DNA of 64,000 nt from an uncultured bacterium (GCA_964528395.1 CAZGTC010000009.1:1304-65303), one strand, 5' to 3'. Shown: positions 34,500 to 43,697, numbered from the stretch's first letter. Made by a program: numbers and translations. The notes: a model not told the origin generated them from the sequence alone.

Positions 34500-35206
34500 T
34501 ATTTGCCTGCCTCCAACATTTCTTTTATCTGTTCCTTATCCAGCTTGATGCCGGGCCCCATCGTAGAAGAAATTGAGAAAGATTTCATAAATTCGCCTTT
34601 AATGCCTGAAGGCTTAACTGCGTAAATTGCTTTTAACACTGCGATTAAATTTTCATAAATTTTGTTTTCGTCAAAAGAAGCCTTGCCGATTGCAATGTGG
34701 ATGACTCCGCCTTTTTCTGCCTTGAACTCGATTTTTCCTTTTTTGAATTCTTTGATCGCCTGTACAATATCCGGCGTTACAGTCCCGGATTTTGGATTGG
34801 GCATCAAGCCTTTGGATCCCAAAACCCGTCCGAGCTTCCCGATCTGCGGCATCATATCTGGCGTAGCTAACAGCACATCAAAATCAAAAAATCCGTTTTT
34901 TATTTTTTCTATCAAATCATTTGATCCTGCTGCACAGGCTCCGGCTTTCTCCGCATCCTTCACCAAAGCATCCGAAGTAATGGCTGCAACTTTTTTTTCT
35001 TTTCCTGTGCCAAAAGGCAAAACCAAAGTGCCGCGCACAGACCCCCCGATTTTTTTCAAATCTACGCCGAGCTTAATGGCTAAATCAACGGTTTCATCAA
35101 ACTTGGCCCAGAGGCAAGATTTAAGGAGCTGGACCGCATCTTTAATCACATAAGATTTTTCCGGATTCACTTGTTTTGATTTTTCGATATATTTTTTAGA
35201 AGTCAT
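34499..35206 (-). CDS. rplA: 50S ribosomal protein L1
   Basis: KFDETVD, LGRVLGSKGLMPNPK, STMGPG. Confidence 0.98.
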   Translation of the reverse strand: MTSKKYIEKSKQVNPEKSYVIKDAVQLLKSCLWAKFDETVDLAIKLGVDLKKIGGSVRGTLVLPFGTGKEKKVAAITSDALVKDAEKAGACAAGSNDLIEKIKNGFFDFDVLLATPDMMPQIGKLGRVLGSKGLMPNPKSGTVTPDIVQAIKEFKKGKIEFKAEKGGVIHIAIGKASFDENKIYENLIAVLKAIYAVKPSGIKGEFMKSFSISSTMGPGIKLDKEQIKEMLEAGK

Positions 35207-35214
35207 ATTTTTTC

Positions 35215-35652
35215 CTATCCTTCAATGGTTATTCCCATGCTGCGGGCTGTGCCTTCGACAATTTTCATGGCGGCTTCAACGGTGTGGGCATTGAGATCCG
35301 GCATTTTTATTTGCGCGATTTCTTTGACCTGGGAGCGGGAAATTTTTCCGACTTTATTTTTATGCGGTTCTCCGGAACCTTTTTCAATTTTAGCAAACTG
35401 GGTCAATAAAGAAGCTGCTGGAGGAGTTTTTAAGATAAAAGAAAAAGAGCGGTCTTTATAAACTGTAATTTCGCAGGGAATAACCATGCCCGGCTTATCT
35501 TGGGTTGCGGCATTGTAAGCCTTGCAAAATTCCATAATGTTGATTCCATGCTGCCCTAGTGCCGGGCCAATGGGCGGCGCAGGATTGGCTTTTCCTGCCG
35601 GAATTTGCAACTTTATTTTGGTAATAATTTCTTTCTTTTTTGGTGCTGCCAT
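35215..35652 (-). CDS. rplK: 50S ribosomal protein L11
   Basis: [22 protein letters not shown]. Confidence 0.98.
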   Translation of the reverse strand: MAAPKKKEIITKIKLQIPAGKANPAPPIGPALGQHGINIMEFCKAYNAATQDKPGMVIPCEITVYKDRSFSFILKTPPAASLLTQFAKIEKGSGEPHKNKVGKISRSQVKEIAQIKMPDLNAHTVEAAMKIVEGTARSMGITIEG

Positions 35653-35663
35653 TTTGTTAGCTC

Positions 35664-36395
35664 CTAATTAACAAATTTTTCTGCGTGTTCAAAATTGACT
35701 TCCACCGGAGTGTCGCGGCCGAAAATACTGATCAGAACTTTTAATTTGCCCTTGGCTGGGGAAATTTCCTTGATCGTTCCGGTATAGCCCCTGAAAGGCC
35801 CGCTAATAACGCGCACAGTTTCTCCTATATCAAAATTCACTTCCAATTTTTCCGCTTTTACTCCCAGCTGCTTCAAAACCCTTTGCATTTCGCGGTCAGA
35901 GGCCGGGGTGGGCCGAGTCTTGGAACCAATAAAACGGGCAACTCCCGGAGCTTGGCGAATCGCATACCAAGTTTCATCATCCAAATACATTTCTACAAAA
36001 ACATAACCCGGGAACATTTTGCGCACGCGCACAACCCTCTTGCCGCCTTTTATTTCTACGGTTTCTTCTTCTGGGACAAGGACTTGGCAAATGCGCTCTT
36101 GCAAATGCATTTTTTCAACGGTATTTTCAATATTCTGCTTGACCTTATCTTCTTTTCCGGTCAAGGTCTGGATGACATACCATCTTTTTTCTGTTGCAGC
36201 CGCAGCTTCATCTTTTTTGGGCTCTTCTATTTCTTCTTCTTCCTGTTCTTCCTGCGGTTCTTGCTCTTTTATTTCTTGTGTTTCTTCTATTTTCGGCTCT
36301 TGCGGAGTATTTTGATTATTCATCTCCGTCATCTCTTCTTTTTTTTCGTTATTGTTATCTTCGTGGATCTGATTATTCTCTTTTTCGTTTTCCAT
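35664..36395 (-). CDS. nusG: NusG with acidic N-terminal extension
   Basis: [32 protein letters not shown]. Confidence 0.97.
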   Translation of the reverse strand: MENEKENNQIHEDNNNEKKEEMTEMNNQNTPQEPKIEETQEIKEQEPQEEQEEEEIEEPKKDEAAAATEKRWYVIQTLTGKEDKVKQNIENTVEKMHLQERICQVLVPEEETVEIKGGKRVVRVRKMFPGYVFVEMYLDDETWYAIRQAPGVARFIGSKTRPTPASDREMQRVLKQLGVKAEKLEVNFDIGETVRVISGPFRGYTGTIKEISPAKGKLKVLISIFGRDTPVEVNFEHAEKFVN

Positions 36396-36596
36396 TTAAA
36401 ATACCTTTGTTAAATAAGTCATCAGCTTTGCAAAAGAAAAATCCAAAACCGACAAGACAAAACCAATAATCAAGCATAACATTATTATAATAACCGTTGC
36501 TGAAGTAGCGTATTTACGATCTGGCCAAGTTACCCGCTTAACTTCTGTTTGCGTTTCTTTTAAGAAACTTGCAATTTTTTGCGGCCATTTTTTCAT
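36396..36596 (-). CDS. secE: Preprotein translocase SecE
   Basis: EVKRVTWP motif plus one TM helix; between tRNA-Trp and nusG. Confidence 0.95.
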   Translation of the reverse strand: MKKWPQKIASFLKETQTEVKRVTWPDRKYATSATVIIIMLCLIIGFVLSVLDFSFAKLMTYLTKVF

Positions 36597-36638
36597 ATTT
36601 GCTCGCTTTTACCCAAAACCCCAAATTCTTTAAAAACT

Positions 36639-36712
36639 CAGGCGAGGCAGGAGTTGAACCTGCAACCCCTGGTTTTGGAGACCAGTGCTCTAGCCAGTTG
36701 AGCTACTCGCCC
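36639..36712 (-). tRNA. tRNA-Trp (CCA), 3' CCA not encoded
   Basis: GGGCGAG/CTCGCCT acceptor stem, TAGCTCAACTGG D-arm, CTGGT-CTCCAAA-ACCAG anticodon arm, GTTCAAC T-loop. Confidence 0.96.
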
Positions 36713-36714
36713 CG

Positions 36715-36776
36715 ACTAACCAATAACCAATAACCAATAACTAATAACCAGCAACTAAAAACTAGAAATAAAAAAC
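36715..36776. repeat. Degenerate heptamer tandem array (CAATAAC)n, ~8 units
   Basis: caataac x3, then taataac, cagcaac, taaaaac, tagaaat, aaaaaac in 7-nt register from 36721. Confidence 0.75.
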
Positions 36777-36925
36777 TATTTCTTTTCTTTATGTTCTGTG
36801 CGCTTTTTGCAGCGCCGGCAATATTTATTTAATACCAAGCGGTCCTTGGTGTTTTTTTTATTTTTCATGGTGCGATAATTTTCTTCTTTGCAAACTTGGC
36901 AAACTAAAGTAATTCCCTCTCTCAT
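36776..36925 (-). CDS. rpmG: 50S ribosomal protein L33, zinc type (missed by the ORF track, 49 aa)
   Basis: Translated by hand: [49 protein letters not shown]. Confidence 0.96.
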   Translation of the reverse strand: MREGITLVCQVCKEENYRTMKNKKNTKDRLVLNKYCRRCKKRTEHKEKK

Positions 36926-37027
36926 TTTTCCCTCAATTCCGTCATTTTTTTATGCCCTGAAAAGACATAAAATCTCCCCCCGCTTTAAATTGGGAAAAGA
37001 TAAAAAAATTAAAACAAACAAGGGCAT

Positions 37028-37056
37028 ATTTTACTCGAAAAAGCAGTGGGTGTCAA
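37028..37056 (-). promoter_or_regulatory. Promoter at the head of the ribosomal super-cluster, TTGACA-N17-TAAAAT
   Basis: TTGACA 37056-37051, TAAAAT 37033-37028, followed by a GC-rich discriminator GCCC. Confidence 0.8.
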
Positions 37057-37082
37057 TACAAAAAGCATATTTTTTTCTGTGT

Positions 37083-38318
37083 TTAAGCCAATTCTTCGCA
37101 AAAAGATTTTAGGCGCTGCATGCCTTCTGTAATATTTTGGTTGGAACAGGCAAAACTCAAGCGAATATGGCAATCCTTTGCCCCTTTTGCTTCAAACGGC
37201 AGGCCCGGGATAACGGCGACTTGCTTTACCTCCAAAAGCTGCTCGGCAAAAGAAATGGATCCTTCAATTATTTTTTTTAAAGAGGGGTGCTTTTTCCCCA
37301 AAACTTTGCGGATATCAATCCATAGGTAAAAAGCCCCTTGGGGAGGGAAATAACCAATCTGCGGATTTTGATCTGCCAAAGAAGAAATTAATTTTAAGCG
37401 TCCGGCATAAGCTGCTGCCATTTCTTCTACTTCTTTTTCTGCGGATCCAGACATTGCTTCCTCGGCCGCAGCCTGGGAAATTGAACAAGGCCCGGATGAA
37501 AAATGCGATTGGTACGCGCTTAAGGATTTGATGAAAGCTTGCGGCCCAAAAACCCAGCCAATGCGCCAGCCCGTCATAGCATATTCCTTGGAAACTGCAT
37601 CTACAATTAAAACTGAATCTTTAAAATCAGCTATAATCTTTTTCAAAGAAACCGGTTCAATGCCCTGTCCGTCCGGCAGGCGGGCAAAAGTTAAACGCTG
37701 GTATACAACATCCAAAATAACTGCAACTTTATTTTCTGCTGCTATTTTCACTAAATTATAAAGCTCGGTTTCGGAATAGACCGCTCCCGTTGGATTAGAG
37801 GGGGAACATAAAATTAAAACTTTGGGCGCGTGTTTTTGGATAAGAGAAGATAAAACCTCCTCTGTAATTTTCATCTGGGCAGCAGAAACATCTATTGTGA
37901 TAGATTGTCCGCGCGCCATAGTTACCATTTCCATATATGAAAGCCAAGCTGGGCATGGAATTAGGACCTTATCTTTTGGGTCCAGCAAAACCTGCAAAAT
38001 CTGGGCAAGGACTTGCTTGGCGCCATTGGATACTAAAATATTTTCTGCTGCATAATCTGACTGGTGCAAGCGATTGAATTTTTGGGCAATGGCCTGGCGC
38101 AAAGATAAATATCCGGCTTCTGGAGAATATTTTGTAAATTGGTCAATGTCTATAGATTTTTTCGCTTTTTCCCGAATCGCCTGCGGCGTTGTAAAATCCG
38201 GCTGGCCTGCGGTAAAAGCAAAAACTTTTTTCCCCTCTTTTTTAAGGGCTTCGGCCTTGGCAGTAATTGCCAAAGTTAAAGAAGGACTGATATCTTCAAC
38301 CCATTTCGCATTTTGCAT
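37083..38318 (-). CDS. Class I/II PLP aminotransferase (aspartate aminotransferase-like)
   Basis: GQPDF, SPSNPTGAVY, VSKEYAMTGWRIG, PQGAFY; start at 38318 after AGGAGG. Confidence 0.9.
   Translation of the reverse strand: MQNAKWVEDISPSLTLAITAKAEALKKEGKKVFAFTAGQPDFTTPQAIREKAKKSIDIDQFTKYSPEAGYLSLRQAIAQKFNRLHQSDYAAENILVSNGAKQVLAQILQVLLDPKDKVLIPCPAWLSYMEMVTMARGQSITIDVSAAQMKITEEVLSSLIQKHAPKVLILCSPSNPTGAVYSETELYNLVKIAAENKVAVILDVVYQRLTFARLPDGQGIEPVSLKKIIADFKDSVLIVDAVSKEYAMTGWRIGWVFGPQAFIKSLSAYQSHFSSGPCSISQAAAEEAMSGSAEKEVEEMAAAYAGRLKLISSLADQNPQIGYFPPQGAFYLWIDIRKVLGKKHPSLKKIIEGSISFAEQLLEVKQVAVIPGLPFEAKGAKDCHIRLSFACSNQNITEGMQRLKSFCEELA
37662..37685. repeat. Short palindrome (CCTGYCY..CCGGCAGGC family) in frame in the aminotransferase
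   Basis: gccctgtccgtccggcaggcgggc, translated ARLPDGQG; related to copies at 51218 and 54941. Confidence 0.6.
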
Positions 38319-38339
38319 TAAAAACCTCCTCAAAATAAA

Positions 38340-38395
38340 TTCCTAATTACTAATTCCGAATTCTTAATTAGACATTAGAAATTAGGCATTAGGAA
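38340..38395. repeat. Heptamer-built imperfect hairpin (4 units + 4 inverted units)
   Basis: ttcctaa ttactaa ttccgaa ttcttaa / ttagaca ttagaaa ttaggca ttaggaa; fills most of the intergenic space. Confidence 0.8.
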
Positions 38396-39667
38396 TTATT
38401 TTAGTCCCACGCGGATAACCGAAGAAACCTCTTTGACAACCTTTAGGCTTTTGATCCGGGCAATGGCTTTTTGGAAATTTTGATCTTTTACTTTATGCAA
38501 AATAATCACCAGCGAAGCGATTGTCCCATTGGTCTCTTGCTGGTGCACGGCATCGATGCTGACTTTTTCACCAGCAAAAAGCCCGGCAATTTTTTCCAGC
38601 ACCCCAAAGTGGTCCTCAACTTTTAAGCGTACGTAATAACGGCTCTCGGTTTCAAAAATACTTTTTATAGGGTAATGGTTTTTTAGTTCTAAATCCGCGC
38701 CATTGCCAGATATAATTTCACTGATATCTCCCCAAATCGCTGATCCAGTCGGCAGAGCTCCGGCTCCTTTGCCAGAAAGCATTTGTTCATCCACTGCATT
38801 TCCTTTTATATATATGGCATTAATTTCATTATTCACGGAAGAAAGCAAATGGTTCTTGGGTAAAAGCACTGGGTGCACCCGAACATCCAAAGATTGGTCC
38901 TCTTTCTTTGCAATCGCCAAAAGCTTGATGGCATAGCCCATGCGATCAGCAAATTGCAAATCTTCTAAAGCAATCTTAGCAATGCCCTCAAAATAAACTT
39001 TGCGGAAATCAATTTTGGAGCGAAAAGCTACGGCGGATAAAATTGCAGCTTTATAAGCCGCGTCCTGGCCCTCAATATCTGACGCTGGATTGCTTTCTGC
39101 AAAACCCATTTCTTGGGCTTCTTTTACGGCTTGGTTGAAAGATTTATTCTCCTGCGCCATTTTGGTTAAAATATAATTAGTTGTCCCATTTACAATCCCA
39201 TAGACTTCGGTAATTTTATTGGCTAAAAGAGGGTTTCTTAAAGTACAGATAATCGGGATGCCCCCGCCCACGGCTGCTTCAAAAAGAATTTTTACGTTAT
39301 TGGCGCGGGCTACGGTTAAAAATTCTTCCAAATGCTTGGCAATAACTTCTTTATTGGGAGTAACAACGTGCTTGCCTTTTTTCAAAGCGGATAAAATAAA
39401 TTCGCGGGCCGGCTTTTCTCCGCCAATCGCTTCTACCACAATATCAATCTGGGGATCATTGATAATTTGCCGGGCATCTTCAGTTAAAATTTCTTTGGCT
39501 AAGCCGGATTTTTTGCGGCAGCTTTCACTTATATCCGCAGCTTTAGCCAGATGAACCTGCACTCCGAGGCGCTCGTTAATTAAATTTTTATTTTTTTCAA
39601 AAAGCGCCGCCACCCCGCAGCCAATATTTCCCAAGCCAATAATACCTAAATTTACTGTTCGTTTCAT
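38396..39667 (-). CDS. hom: Homoserine dehydrogenase with ACT domain
   Basis: GLGNIG, FEAAVGGGIP, NGTTNYIL, GKGAG; start could extend to 39679. Confidence 0.96.
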   Translation of the reverse strand: MKRTVNLGIIGLGNIGCGVAALFEKNKNLINERLGVQVHLAKAADISESCRKKSGLAKEILTEDARQIINDPQIDIVVEAIGGEKPAREFILSALKKGKHVVTPNKEVIAKHLEEFLTVARANNVKILFEAAVGGGIPIICTLRNPLLANKITEVYGIVNGTTNYILTKMAQENKSFNQAVKEAQEMGFAESNPASDIEGQDAAYKAAILSAVAFRSKIDFRKVYFEGIAKIALEDLQFADRMGYAIKLLAIAKKEDQSLDVRVHPVLLPKNHLLSSVNNEINAIYIKGNAVDEQMLSGKGAGALPTGSAIWGDISEIISGNGADLELKNHYPIKSIFETESRYYVRLKVEDHFGVLEKIAGLFAGEKVSIDAVHQQETNGTIASLVIILHKVKDQNFQKAIARIKSLKVVKEVSSVIRVGLK

Positions 39668-39671
39668 AATC

Positions 39672-40628
39672 CTAATCAAAAAGAGAACTTATAGATTTAT
39701 TCTCGAAATTCCTTTTTATGGCCTCGCCCAAAAGTTCATCTACGGATAATATCTTCAGCTCTGGGAACTGCCGCTCTTTGGTTAAAGGAAGAGTATCGGT
39801 TAAAATAACTTCTTTGAATTTTGCGGCTTTTATCCGATCAATGGCTGGGCCGGATAAGATAGCATGCGTTGCCAATAAATAAATATCCTCATTGCAGCTT
39901 TCCTTGCGCAAGGCTTCAACTCCGCGCGTTGCAGTCCCAGCAGTATCAATCATATCATCCACAATAATTACAGTTTTGCCCTGCACTTCACCTACAATAT
40001 GCAAAACTTCGGATTTATGATGGTCTGGCCGGGCTTTATGCAAAATCGCAAGTTCCGCCCCGACCCGATCCGCAAATTTTTTGGCCACTTTTGCCCTGCC
40101 TGTGTCTGGCGCAACCACGACTGGATCCTTTAGTTTTTTGTTTTTTAAGTAATCCGCCAAAAGCGGGGTCGCGGTCAAGTGATCGAGCGGAATGTTGAAA
40201 AATCCCTGGATTTGGTCAGAATGCAGGTCCATGGTAATAATCCGATCTGCTCCAGCGGAAGTTAAAAGATCTGCCATTAAGCGGGAAGAGATCGGCTCGC
40301 GCGATGCGCTTTTTCGATCCTGGCGGGCATAGCCGTAATGCGGAAGAACCACGGTAATGCTTTCAGCGGATGCGCGGCGGAGCGCGTCTATAATAATGAA
40401 AAGCTCCATGTAATCTTCATTGACGCTCAAAGTGGAAGTTTGAATAATAACCGTATGCTGGCCGCGGACATTTTCCAAAATCCGCGCATAAATTTCTCCG
40501 CCGGAAAAACGGGAAAGCTTGATTTTACTTAATTTCATACCCAGGTGCTTGGCAATTTTTTCCGCTAATTCAGGATGGGAACTCCCGCTAAAAAGCATTA
40601 GGCCATTGTTGTTTGCATTAAAGATCAT
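39672..40628 (-). CDS. prs: Ribose-phosphate pyrophosphokinase
   Basis: YGYARQDRK, DLHSDQIQGFF, VAPD.G, VDDMIDTAGT. Confidence 0.97.
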   Translation of the reverse strand: MIFNANNNGLMLFSGSSHPELAEKIAKHLGMKLSKIKLSRFSGGEIYARILENVRGQHTVIIQTSTLSVNEDYMELFIIIDALRRASAESITVVLPHYGYARQDRKSASREPISSRLMADLLTSAGADRIITMDLHSDQIQGFFNIPLDHLTATPLLADYLKNKKLKDPVVVAPDTGRAKVAKKFADRVGAELAILHKARPDHHKSEVLHIVGEVQGKTVIIVDDMIDTAGTATRGVEALRKESCNEDIYLLATHAILSGPAIDRIKAAKFKEVILTDTLPLTKERQFPELKILSVDELLGEAIKRNFENKSISSLFD

Positions 40629-40655
40629 AAAAAATACCCCCTCTTATTTAAAAAA

Positions 40656-40997
40656 TCAAATCAATTTTTGTTTTTTTAAGCTTTCGTAAACTTCAAATAA
40701 AAAATCCTTCAAGCTGATTTCATGCGTAAACATATGTTTTGCTGGATTCTGCCAGGGATGCATATGCCATTTTCCATTATCGCAATCTCGACCAAAGATT
40801 CTCTGTCCATTAATAATTAAAACATAATTTTTTAGATTTTTTTCGAAGTTTATGTATATCTGCACATAAGAAGAAGAGTTAATTAATAATTTAACTTTGA
40901 TAGTATTGCTTGTTTCATCTAGAATCTCATGTTTTTTAAAATATCCTGTTTCTTTAATTAAAACAGAAATGCTTTCTTTGAACTTTACAATATCCAT
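40656..40997 (-). CDS. Small protein resembling DUF6516/TumE-type toxins
   Basis: NYVLIINGQRIFGRDCDNGKWHMHP motif; start trimmed to ATG 40997 just after the partner's stop. Confidence 0.5.
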   Translation of the reverse strand: MDIVKFKESISVLIKETGYFKKHEILDETSNTIKVKLLINSSSYVQIYINFEKNLKNYVLIINGQRIFGRDCDNGKWHMHPWQNPAKHMFTHEISLKDFLFEVYESLKKQKLI

Positions 40998-41005
40998 CAG
41001 GTTTT

Positions 41006-41299
41006 TTAAGCCTTCTCCAATAGTTCCAAATTTTTTTCGAGAGTTTTTATACCGTCTATGGCCTGATCCCAATTATGATAATCTTCTTCTATATCCAAAG
41101 AAAATTTATTTTTAGCAATCATCTTTTTCTTTTCAAATTGATTTAAAGACATCTTGTATTTTTTTGAAAAGAGATAATCCGTAAATTTATATGTAGCTAA
41201 CCGGCGCCTAAGTTCGGTCTTTAGGCTTTCTTCTATTAATTCTTCTTTACTTAAATCAAAATCTTTGGCTATTTTTTCCATTATTTTTATTGGAACCAT
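41006..41299 (-). CDS. Small helical protein, putative antitoxin partner
   Basis: KKYKMSLNQFEKK...EEDYHNWD pattern seen in small TA-associated proteins; strong SD AGGAGG; coupled to the downstream ORF. Confidence 0.5.
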   Translation of the reverse strand: MVPIKIMEKIAKDFDLSKEELIEESLKTELRRRLATYKFTDYLFSKKYKMSLNQFEKKKMIAKNKFSLDIEEDYHNWDQAIDGIKTLEKNLELLEKA

Positions 41300-41392
41300 T
41301 TTTCCCTCCTATTTTATTCAAATAGATTTAGATTTTATCATTTTTAATTGGTCAAAGCAAAATATAATGGGAATCCTGCCTTAAAATTTATT

Positions 41393-41752
41393 TTATATAT
41401 GCGCAGGCTGGCTAATATGTTTTTCAATTTTATGATCAATTCCATCAATCTTATTTTCTAATCTATCGGTTCTCTTATCTGCTTCATCAAACCGCTTGTC
41501 CATAGCATCAAATCTTTTATCCATTCCATCAAATCTCCTATCAACCTCTTCAAATTTTTCATCAACCTGGTCAAATCTCTTGTAGATATTTTTAACATGA
41601 AATTCCAGTTTTTTATCTACCTGATTTATATCTTCTTTCAATTCCTCCTTCATTTCCTGCATTTGCCTATGTAAAATGCTATGGCCCTCCAATGACAACT
41701 TAACATCCCCCCTGATTTCTTCCAACAAAATCTCAAACCGTTCTTTTTCCAT
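41393..41752 (-). CDS. Coiled-coil heptad-repeat protein (F-D-x-x-D-x-R repeats)
   Basis: RFDQVDEKFEEVDRRFDGMDKRFDAMDKRFDEADKR; 21-nt DNA repeats 41487-41577; start set at 41752. Confidence 0.7.
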   Translation of the reverse strand: MEKERFEILLEEIRGDVKLSLEGHSILHRQMQEMKEELKEDINQVDKKLEFHVKNIYKRFDQVDEKFEEVDRRFDGMDKRFDAMDKRFDEADKRTDRLENKIDGIDHKIEKHISQPAHI

Positions 41753-41874
41753 ACAAAAACACTTCCTTTCTTGATAGTTTACTCCTTTATACCTGCAATT
41801 TCCATGCCAGCAAATAGGCATGGTATCACCATTCAAATACAGAGGAAAGATGTTGATTTTTCAGGCAGCGGTGT

Positions 41875-43413
41875 TTATTTTTCCGACGGATAAATACGCA
41901 GGTGGCGGGTTGGTTCTTCTCCAACGGATGAAGAACGTAATCCCATTTCTTCTATGACTTGGTGCTGGAGGCGCCGGATATAAGCATTTTGCGGAGATAA
42001 ATCTTGGGGTTCTTTGGTATTCAAAACTATTTTGCCAGCTTCCCGGGCTTCTTTTTTTGCAATTTCTTCTATATCATCATATTCAACCGCATGGAAATAA
42101 AAGCGCAAAAACTTTACGATCTGGCTGGAAATATTCTTGCGGATAATATGCAGCGGCACGCGATGCTCTTCGGCAATTTTTACAATGCGTGCAGTAGGCT
42201 TGGCCCGGGATTTAACGGTTAAAATAATATCCGCTTCATCCGCGCTGTTAACAACTGCAGCTGGAACCTCCAGCGCATAAATTGCCCGCTCCAGCTGCCC
42301 GCGATTCACAGCAAAAGGATAAATTTTTACCGGGCCTTTTTCTAATTTTTGCGCGGCTTTTTTTTCTTCTTCCTGCGTCATCTCCGGCATCTCTTCTTCA
42401 GCTTTTTGCTCGATTTTTATTTTGCCGTCCGCGGTGCGTACGCGGATTTCCGGGGTTGGTTTTCCTCCGCGCAGGAGCTTGTCAATGGCTTGCGCCACAT
42501 CAAAATAAATCGCAAACTTGTCGCGTTCGCGAATCTCAATTGCAACATTGAAAGTCGGCAGGGCTTTTCTTTCGAGAATAGCTTTTTGGGTGCCGCGGCG
42601 CTTGGATTCTTCATCGGATAAAATTACGCTCTGGATCCCGCCGACCAAGTCTGAAAGCGTGGGATTTTTTAGGATATTTTCTAAGATCACGCCATGAGCT
42701 GTGCCAATGAGCTGAACCCCTCTTTCGGCAATGGTGCGCGCAGCAAAAGATTCTTCTTCGGTGCCGATCTCATCCACGATTACAACCTCGGGCATATGGT
42801 TTTCCACTGCTTCAATCATAACTGCGTGCTGGAACTTGGGAGAAGAAACCTGCATGCGCCGGGCCCGGCCAATGGAAGGATGCGGAATATCCGAATCACC
42901 GGCAATTTCATTGGAAGTATCTACCACCACCACGCGCTTATTGAAATCATCTGCAAGGATCCGAGCAGCTTCGCGCAGCTTGGTAGTTTTTCCAATGCCC
43001 GGAGGGCCCATGAACAAAATATTTTTTCCGGATTCGATCACATCTTTTATAATATCAATGGTCCCGTAAATAGAGCGGCCGACGCGGCAGGTCAAGCCGA
43101 TAATTTTTCCCTGGCGGTTGCGGAGGGAAGAAATGCGATGCAGGGTGCGGGAAATACCCGCCCGATTATCAGAAGTAAATTCGCCGAGGGCAAAAATAAT
43201 TGCGTCAATTTCTTTCTGCGAAACTGGATCACCCGGGATATACATGACGCGGTGGTTGTCAAAGCGGGCTTCAACCGGGCGGCCTAAATCCAAGACTACT
43301 TCAATCAGAGCTGCGCGGTCAGACCCCAAGGATAATTTTTCCCTGACTCTTTCCGGCAAAATATCAATCAGAAGAGAGACCTCTTCTTCTGTGCTAAAAT
43401 CTTTCATTCCCAA
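41875..43413 (-). CDS. SpoIIIAA-like AAA ATPase with C-terminal R3H domain (Ycf45-like)
   Basis: RAGISRTLHRIS, GPPGIGKTT, IVDEIG, IGTAHG, RRLQH R3H. Confidence 0.9.
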   Translation of the reverse strand: MGMKDFSTEEEVSLLIDILPERVREKLSLGSDRAALIEVVLDLGRPVEARFDNHRVMYIPGDPVSQKEIDAIIFALGEFTSDNRAGISRTLHRISSLRNRQGKIIGLTCRVGRSIYGTIDIIKDVIESGKNILFMGPPGIGKTTKLREAARILADDFNKRVVVVDTSNEIAGDSDIPHPSIGRARRMQVSSPKFQHAVMIEAVENHMPEVVIVDEIGTEEESFAARTIAERGVQLIGTAHGVILENILKNPTLSDLVGGIQSVILSDEESKRRGTQKAILERKALPTFNVAIEIRERDKFAIYFDVAQAIDKLLRGGKPTPEIRVRTADGKIKIEQKAEEEMPEMTQEEEKKAAQKLEKGPVKIYPFAVNRGQLERAIYALEVPAAVVNSADEADIILTVKSRAKPTARIVKIAEEHRVPLHIIRKNISSQIVKFLRFYFHAVEYDDIEEIAKKEAREAGKIVLNTKEPQDLSPQNAYIRRLQHQVIEEMGLRSSSVGEEPTRHLRIYPSEK

Positions 43414-43415
43414 TC

Positions 43416-43697
43416 TTATTTTTCCTCTTTGATGACTTTTTTAAGATTGCTGCCTGGAACAAAAGCTGGAGCCTTGGTGGGAGGAATCTTGATTTTATCT
43501 CCGGTTTGGGGATTGCGGCCTTCGCGGGAGGCGCGGGTGCGCACCACAAAATTGCCAAAACCAACCAAACGGACTTTTTTGCCTTCCTTAAGAGCTTGGG
43601 TAATGGTATTTAATAAAGTATCAATAATAAATTCGGCTTCTTTTTTCTTTGAACCAATTTCTTGAGAAATCTTTGCAGCCAATTGTTTTTTATTCAT
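43416..43697 (-). CDS. hup: HU family DNA-binding protein
   Basis: MNKKQL, VRLVGFGNF, GRNPQTG, PAFVPG. Confidence 0.95.
   Translation of the reverse strand: MNKKQLAAKISQEIGSKKKEAEFIIDTLLNTITQALKEGKKVRLVGFGNFVVRTRASREGRNPQTGDKIKIPPTKAPAFVPGSNLKKVIKEEK

Noticed and set aside
34490-34510. L10 leader between rplA and rplJ
   Set aside because: The genes overlap by one base, so there is no intergenic leader.
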